DNA of 64,000 bases, from assembly GCA_024704765.1 (NCBI GenBank), contig JAKMXF010000018.1:1-64000 (forward strand), given 5' to 3'. A program made the position numbers and the translations under genes. Below are positions 56,182-64,000 of the stretch, piece by piece. Below the pieces are notes generated by a model that had not been told where the DNA came from, ran no database searches, and saw only the letters and a list, made by a program, of their open reading frames with translations. How positions within the stretch are numbered: the stretch's first letter is position 1; each line of letters begins with the position of its first letter. The DNA comes from Oopsacas minuta. Taxonomy: Eukaryota > Animalia > Porifera.

Positions 56182-58344
56182 CTATTTGTATTCAGAACTC
56201 AGTCTATCCTCTGTAGGGAGAGACATCTTGTTACGGGGTTTAGGTTCTACTATCTTAGCGTAGCCAGAGGGGTCCGTTGATTTAGCTAGCTTGCGGACAT
56301 CAAGGGGACTCCTTGATACCATGACGTAATGTCCATCCGTGTCCTGTAGAGAATCCTTGGGGTCGAATTTAACATAAGCACCGTCTTCTGGATCGTTAGC
56401 ATAGATAGGCTCTGCTTCTGGGAAGATCTCTGATCCTCTAGCTACTGTCTTATATGGAGTAATACTGATAGGAGATATGGGATTGTCAGAGCTGTCCTCA
56501 TTCTAAATCAATGAATTACAGTATCAGATAGGTGTTAAGAATAAATATAATATCAGTATGGTTAACTGTAGTTATAAAGGGAGGGAGTACTGTACTTACA
56601 ATATAAGAGGTAGGTCTCCTGGTTCTTGGTACAGGAGTAATGTCTTTAACTGTTGTTATGAGCACACTAACAGGAACGCTAGGAGTTATAGCAGCTGCCC
56701 TCTTAAGAGGAGATGAGAACTCCTTAGAGAGATCTGGTAGTATGTCTGTGTTAAGAGTGTTATGTGTAATAGTCTAGAGTAAATATGTGGTAAACAAACA
56801 AACAAACAAACGAACAACAAACAAATTACCCTAGCTTGTCGTGTAGACACAGACTTCCTTTCCTTAGGTTTGGGTCTGTCGCCAGAAAAAGGAGGAGGAT
56901 ATCTCGGGGCTACTAATCTCTTCTGAGAGCTCAACCGTCTAGGGGGGACAGGGAAATTAAAGTCTAGCTCCTCTGGGTACAGCTGTTCATGTCTGTGAGG
57001 AGGTATAGAGGGGAACGTGTCCTCTGGAGAGAGAGGGAGAGAAGAGAGGGAGGGAAGGGAGGGAAGGGAGGGGAGGGATGGGAGAGATGCACAAGAGTTC
57101 TGTTTCGTAGCTATTGGAGGTTTGGAGCTGTTCGTATAGACATGTTGCTACAAAAGACACAAAAGCATACCAGTTATAAGTAGAATACATGTTCTTATAA
57201 CCGGTATAAATATAAAGGAATATATGAGAACCGGTTTCCACGGGATGGTGCTTATATCTGGTATTAACTTTAATAGTACATCTTTCGTTGTATGTACCTT
57301 AATGTTTGGATTTGGAGATTTGGGTCTCATGACCCTGTCAGGACGTGTGAACTCCTCCTCATCTGACCCTGAGTCCTCTCCCAGTGATACAGCTATCTCT
57401 GTAATATCTGCCTGTTGCATACCGTATACTCCATATGAGTCTCCGACCTGAGTGCCTATTGAGTTACATACCATAACCCTCATTCAGTAACTAGGGTATC
57501 CTAACTACGCTATAGGTTAAGAGGAATGTCACACACTTACGTACTCTGAGATAACTCTGTGTCTCTGTTGTATGTACCGTATTCACAGGTATGTCCTGTC
57601 TCAGGATTAAAGGAGTAAGCTAGTCCTCTCTTGTCTCCCTCTTCCTTCTCTATAGCTGTCTTACGTCTGGCTGACATGTAGTTCTCATCTCCCTGAGTAG
57701 AGTCAGCAGCCACTATACAAATAAATACAGTGTAACTTAAATAAGAGAATTCGTAGTCCAATATAAATGAACCTCCACAAACAGGCTAGCAACCATTAGT
57801 ATGCATAGATATTTACCATTATTCTTCCTGGCTAGAAGTAGGCCTGCCACATCACAAATATTCCTATGCCAGTTCTCCATCTCCTCTCTGCTGTCCGCTA
57901 GTAAGTAGTAGATCCTGTCTATACCCCCAGCCTCCCCTGGTTTTCCTGTATCATCTAGTGACCCCTTGACATCTAAGCTAATTATATTAGACTGAGCCCT
58001 GCATATATACACATCTAGTAACACCTATAAACAATAATATAGAGACATGAAAGAAATATAGGGAAAGCCCTGTTTTGGTATAAATTACTTAGAATAGTAA
58101 GTAAATAATAATAAAGCTGACCTCTTGTACTTTCTCTAAATCTATGATACCTTTCTGTTCTCCGTTAAACTTAGAGAAATACAGCAGTTTCTTGTGCTGG
58201 GTTAACACGAAGTAACGTCTCTGCCATCTTCTATTCTGAGAGAATGTTAGAACGAGAAAAGTATAAATAAGAGTAACTCACCATTTTTGGAGGAGATTTG
58301 GTAAGGAAACCCTCGTAGATTGATTCCTGATACATCTTCGACAT
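56182..58344 (-). CDS. Gab/DOS-like docking adaptor (N-terminal PH domain plus Tyr/Pro-rich tail); multi-exon
   Basis: YEGFLTKSPPK, RRWQRRYFVL, KGIIDL, DRIYYLLADSREEMENWHRNICDVAGL (cf. Gab1 [27 protein letters not shown]). Tail tyrosine motifs ENYMS, IYAND, YVKF, YVMV and YAKI; stop at 56182-56184. Confidence 0.78.
57021..57086. repeat. Polypurine (GGGA/GA) tract in a Gab-like intron with G-quadruplex/triplex potential
   Basis: GAGAGAGGGAGAGAAGAGAGGGAGGGAAGGGAGGGAAGGGAGGGAGGGATGGGAGAG. Confidence 0.8.
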
Positions 58345-58519
58345 CTCAGCTAATCATAAACAATAAACAAACAAACACAAATAAATAAATCCAGAATACT
58401 CATCCATGGTTTATAGTATATTATTAAAGCAACACATAAGCTAAATTTAGAATTATGAACCATGGATAATAGCCAACAGTTCGATATACGAGACATATAC
58501 ACACACAATTGTAAAAACT

Positions 58520-59002
58520 CTAATCATCATCCTCAACCATTGACCGTCTAGCCATCTCCCGGGCCTGCTTCATGAAGGCACCCTCGTTGTAGTGTAGTTG
58601 ACGTTTTTTCTTGAATATTTCATGCTTAGCCTTCTCCTCGGGGGTCATTGTCTCTTCGTCCGACCCGCTGTCCATGTCGATGCAGGGAGGGGGAGGTTCT
58701 TTATACACAAATGCAGTCGGATCGCTCTCTACTCTATCCGCTAATTCTTTGACTACTGACTTCTCTGCACCAGCAGGTTCATGACCTGGATCGTGTTCAT
58801 ACGGAGTTTTAGGCTCGACTATTTTCATGTGTCCGTAATCCTTATCTTTAGGATGCAAGGTTGCTATAATATTCATTTCGTCCCACTGGAGACCCCCTGT
58901 CTCTTTCTTGGCGTCCTTGGTCCGTTTGAGGATTGAAGCCGGCCTGGTAGACCTTGATGCTTTGAGCTTATCAGCTGATGTAGCCGTGACAGCTTCTGCC
59001 AT
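58520..59002 (-). CDS. PPP1R2: Protein phosphatase 1 inhibitor-2, intronless CDS
   Basis: SILK motif, LQWDEMNIIAT.HP.DKDYGHMKI.EPKTPY, and FKKKRQLHYNEG. Confidence 0.93.
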   Translation of the reverse strand: MAEAVTATSADKLKASRSTRPASILKRTKDAKKETGGLQWDEMNIIATLHPKDKDYGHMKIVEPKTPYEHDPGHEPAGAEKSVVKELADRVESDPTAFVYKEPPPPCIDMDSGSDEETMTPEEKAKHEIFKKKRQLHYNEGAFMKQAREMARRSMVEDDD

Positions 59003-60029
59003 ATAAATACGCTAATTATTACCTGTAATATAGTTATCAATTAAAGGAAAGTTCAAGTTCCATTTTGTGTGATCAACAGATTTTACTTGTAATATATAGC
59101 TAATATAGGGGTGTTATAATAACAAACATAATTGAGATAGGCTCAAATAGTTATAATCCATGGTTTATAGTACCCACTATTCTATTAATATAATTGTGGG
59201 TGTTCTTTATAAGCTGTTACCACCCACATATTTGTCTTATTGGGCGGTTGCTATGCTGTAATACAATAAAGTATATTGATAATGAATTGTAGTGCTTATA
59301 TGTAATATTATATTATACAATATTCAGGAATATACCTCCCTTCGTATTGTTATTATTTGTTATTGATATCCAGCATAGTAACGCTATCTGTCATATGGTA
59401 TTCACCATATAATATATTACGTCACATGCGGTTCCTTAATATTATAGGCTCTTATTATTCCTCCCATCTACTTCAATACTAATACACAGATATTCAAGTT
59501 TATACATTTCTAATTAGTTTTTATTTGCATTACTTTCTGGAACAGATTTTAGCTTAGAAGTGAGTTAGTTTAATTTGTATTATTTGTCTCAGGGCTTGAG
59601 TATTGGATTGTACTGACCTAAGGGGTATATTTCTATGGGAGAGGGGTCCGTTACATCAGCGGTTCCAACGCTGGGTCCATGTACCTCTTAGTGGTCCACA
59701 TGATCTCAATATTTGTATTACTGCTACTCTACATATACCCAAATGTATATGAATTGCTTGAAAGCTCTGGTATATCTCAGCTACACATATTACACGTATT
59801 TATTGCAATAATAGCTATATTCTTCTATAATAAATAACTCATAACAGAATATAATATAGGATTATACCCCAGCTTATAAATATACACAGATATAGTATAG
59901 GTCATAATATCAGGACTATAGTTCTTGTTACGTGAGGCAGGGCTTATATTAATCTGTATTAGTTATATGAGGTTGTGACCATGGATATTTGTAAATATTT
60001 TCTCTGTTTGTTTACTTATTTTATAAGAC

Positions 60030-63000
60030 ATGAGGAGACAATCTACTTTTCAAGAAGATCCAGGTGAAATAGTTTCTAGAGTTAGAGAGTGGATACAGGT
60101 ATGACATGTAAATAACAACAAATCTGTTATATTATTGTTATTATTCTTTACAGGACGTTACTGGCAAAGAATTGGGACTAGATCTAAGAGAATCTCTCCA
60201 GAACGGAGTAGTGTTATGCGAGTAAGTTATTTTTAATCATAGTTACACACTCTGGTCTAAGGAATCTTATTAAACCCTATGCATAGATTGATGGCTAAGA
60301 TTAGACCAGGTTCCATACAACGTGTGAACAAGTTAAACTCTCCTATAGCTCATCTGGATAACATAAGATCATTCCTGCAGGCTTGCAGAGTACATTTCAT
60401 GCTTAATGAAGCTCAAATTTTTGACGTCACAGATCTACAAGACCCGGAACAGCGTAGTGGAGCCTTCACCTCTATGGGAGCTAAGGGATGGAACGCAGAG
60501 AAAAGACTTAAGAACGTTTGTGTGACTTTATACTGGATGGGACGGATATTAGCTGAGGAGCGGACCTATCAGGGACCTCTCCCAGACCTGTCAGTATTCC
60601 ATCCTGTACTCCCTGGACAATCTGTATGTATTATAAGTAGAATTTATTTATATCAATATTTTAACACCTCTGTTAGATGTCAGTTCCTATACCAGAGGAA
60701 CCAGAGGACCAAGTCCTGTCTCCTGGACCCAGGCCCCTAGAGAATACGCGTCCAGTCCCCAAGCCTATGAGTCCTCCTGTCGTCCCTTCCCGTCCCGATC
60801 CTAAGCTAGTCTCACAGATTACCAAACAAGAAGCTGTCTCTAATAGTGTAAGTGATATTCCTAGTTACCAATATGTGAAATAGGTATTTATAAATATTTG
60901 TAGAGTGAATCAGATAATGACGTCATGAAGGATAAAATAGAGATACATGTAGTTCCTATTAATGGGAGTTTTGGATTCCATCTACTGTCTAGAGCTGTAC
61001 CCGGAAGTAACAAGTTTCTATCCACAGTACATTCAGTACTGGAAGGTGAGTGTTGTTACTGTCTAACACCTCCTGATTGCCCTTTTCTAGAAGTTACAGT
61101 GTATTATTATTATTATTATTATTACTTGTTTACAGATAGTTCTGCGGGTAGAGCAGGGTTACAGAGAGGAGATGAGTTACTAACGGTTAACGGAATGGAT
61201 ACTAGCTATTTCTCCCATCAACAGATAGTTAAGCTAATCAAAGATTCTATAATTGCTCAATCGCTTACATTAGTGATACAGCGGAAACAAGCCGTCGTTA
61301 TTAATGGTAATGATACACTATATTATATTCATAAATTCACACCTCTGCTTGTGTAGATATAGCTCCAGAGACAATAGAGGAGGTTAGACCCCAGACCTCC
61401 CCTCAAGAGCCTGTACCCCCTTCAAAAGAGGAACATCCTCCTGTCCCTGAACCAATCCAACAATCTAGTAATTCTCAGCTGACCAACTCAGCTGATATCT
61501 CTCAGAAAGAAGGCGCCATAAATCCGACCCATTATGTGGTCGATACAGAGGAGACAAAGTACCGACCTGTCCCCCCTATACCCTCTACCCCCCAGGAACC
61601 TATCTACGTCAATCAGACCTCCCTGGAACGAGAGCTGACAGCTAGCAAGGAACCTGCTCCCAAACAGAAATCCTCTCCTAAGGTTTGTTAGATAATTATA
61701 TTATTACAGATGTTGACATTCCTTGTTTAGGATCGGTCTCCTAGAAACAAGAAGAGGGACAAAGAACGTGGTAATCCAGATGGTAACTTGGACATTAAGG
61801 AACAGACCATGGGTGCTAAAATACCTCGATCTCAGATGCCACTCCCTCCTCCTCCCCAGAAGGAGATTCCTCAAGCTCCTAATTCCGAACCAACACGTCG
61901 CCGGTTCTTCTCCAAGAAGAGCGGGGACAGCTCTCCCACCAAGAGATCCTCCTGGAAGTCTGGATGGAAAGAGGCTATAGTGCAGACAGTGGATATAACC
62001 TCTCCCCCAGCTAGACTGGAGAGTGTAAGGTGAGTTATTCATGATGTATGTATGATAACTTATTTGAAAACAAGCTAGCTAGCTAAAATATTTGAATTAA
62101 TCTTACGGATAGATTATACTCATGTGTGTAGATTGGACCCATCGGAGGACTCAGGAGAGGACCTGCTAGACACGAACAGACGGGAGCTAGTAGCTAAGGA
62201 TAGGAACAATAGAGTTAGCATGACAGATCCCTTCAAAGGTATTCTACCGGTATCCGATGGAAGGAGTCTCTTGGATGAAATATTTCCTGACGGAGAGGAT
62301 CTACAGCTGGGAACTATTCTCAAAGGTTTAATACATTCCATTTGTTATGTATTCTTGTTATGTTATTGTTTACAGATGACAGTCCCCTGAAGACACCTCC
62401 CCAACAGAGACAACAGCCTAGCAAGGAGTATTTTGCTAAAATATTGAATCCTCAGATATCCCAGCAGGACACATACCAACCTCCCGTACCCTTAACTAAG
62501 GACGTGCGGCTGAGAGAGAGGGAGCCAGAGATGCAGACATATACTTCCAACAGATCATCTTCCTCCTCTGAGCGACACTCCGCTAAACTTGTAGGATCTC
62601 TCCTGGCCTCTTCTGGTGCTCAAGTAACACCTGTTAACAGCGACAGGTTAGTTATGAGTTAGTAAGAATGGAATGTTATAGTTTTATTAACTTATATAAT
62701 TCTGTTAGGAAAAATGAAAGGAGGGAGACTCATCAACAACCGCCAGTTATAAACTCTAACGGACATCAACAACAACAAGGTTTGTCACTATAGATTATAC
62801 AGCTTAGAAACCATAAATACCATTAGTTATGTGTATTACAGATCCTGTAATGTCTACACACAGTCTACCTGTATCTACAAGACCTATACAGGTTCCTCCT
62901 GCCTCTAACAGCTCTGTGTGTAGCTCTCCTCCTAGACAGACATATACCAAACAGCAGGTAGGATTAAGCATAACATACTATTACATTATTTATACACACA

Positions 63001-63836
63001 TTCCTTAGTTACCAAGCGATCACCAAGGATATTCCAAGATATCTAGAGCTAAATCTTTTACGGGTAGTCATCAGTCTCGAGAGTCTAGTGATGAAAGGAA
63101 CTTTACTCGCCTAATGAATAGAGGTTATCCTGGTAGTGATTATTCTCAGGGACAGGGCAACAAGATTGCTTATCCTCAGGATTGGAGTCAGGGAGGTAGG
63201 TATGACGTTATGTTACCATGGTAACATAAGCTATGCTGTGTTCTAGGTTATCTCCAGAGAGGTCAGTCTCTAAGACAAGATCCAGGCTTTTATAAATCCC
63301 CAAACCGTCCTACCATGCAAATGGTGCCTCATTATGGACATAGGGATCAAAGAATTGGTCCCTACATGTACCCACAGAACCAGTATAACCAGGGATACCC
63401 TCAGGTCCAATCGTACCCTTCTGTACAAACAGGTGTTAGACCCCAAAGACCAGCTGAACCTCAGAGCCCTAGAGACGGACAATACTCTTCTAAGGTTTGT
63501 ATACATTGTTATTTTTGTTTATTTTGTCTGTTTATCTTTGTTTACAGATTTTTAGAATAAACCAGACAAACGCATCGATCCCTTGCACCTCTTGTAAGAT
63601 ACCTCTGGGGGTAGGCCCTGCTGCAGGTATACACGGTCTCCCTAACATATATCATCCACCCTGCTTCCTGTGTGAGGTATGCGGAGGTCAGCTGTTCGAG
63701 ACAACTTTCGTAATCCGCGGCAAACTGCACTGCAAATGTTGTGAAGACAGCAAGGATGGTAGGTTATTAGTTCCAGTTCAATATGGGACTATCTTATAAG
63801 TGTTATCCTGTAGGCAATCCCTCCACCGTGTGCTGA
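60030..63836 (+). CDS. LMO7: LMO7-like protein (CH - PDZ - LIM); multi-exon
   Basis: CH domain (VREWIQ, LRESLQNGVVLCELMAKIRPG, DNIRSFLQAC), PDZ domain (SFGFHL, SAGRAGLQRGDELLTVNG), and a C-terminal LIM (CTSC-HPPC-CEVC-CKCC). A short last exon GNPSTVC* ends at 63836. Confidence 0.8.
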
Positions 63837-64000
63837 ACAGCTGATCCCTATATATGCTCTATACGAATGTTAATACCTATGTTATATGTAATGACGTCAT
63901 TCATTAATTTATTCACTGATGCAATTATAATACATTATCCTAGCAACAGCAATTCATACAGAAATGTGATGTTAAATTTGGATTTCCGGTTTGATAACAC

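Overview
AT-rich, very gene-dense eukaryotic DNA with short GT-AG introns, about 20 genes in 64 kb. It is most consistent with a sponge, probably a glass sponge (Hexactinellida, Oopsacas-like); this is inferred from the intronless coiled-coil+NHL gene family and compact gene structure, not verified. Conserved genes: CFAP97D-like, FNBP1/CIP4 F-BAR, SLC25A43-like carrier, a cadherin-EGF-LamG receptor, clathrin heavy chain, CCDC124, a divergent Rab, UBE2R/Cdc34, a Gab/DOS-like adaptor, PP1 inhibitor-2 and an LMO7-like protein. Lineage-specific content: two NHL paralogs (one nested antisense in a cadherin intron), a nested CRD-less Frizzled-like 7TM gene, a tandem pair of PH-domain genes with long Pro/Glu repeats, a ricin-type lectin-like gene and several MITE families. 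Most interesting signals: (1) a secreted protein that looks like a TGF-beta prodomain but stops before any cystine-knot ligand domain; (2) a sense-strand-biased intronic motif, (CATAT)TTTNACACCTT, plus two near-homologous introns in unrelated genes; (3) splice acceptors right before many start codons and a run of five closely spaced minus-strand genes, suggesting trans-splicing or operon-like expression; (4) a 155-bp X-box-containing upstream module shared by an NHL gene and an unrelated ORF. All exon boundaries were read by eye and should be confirmed with RNA-seq.
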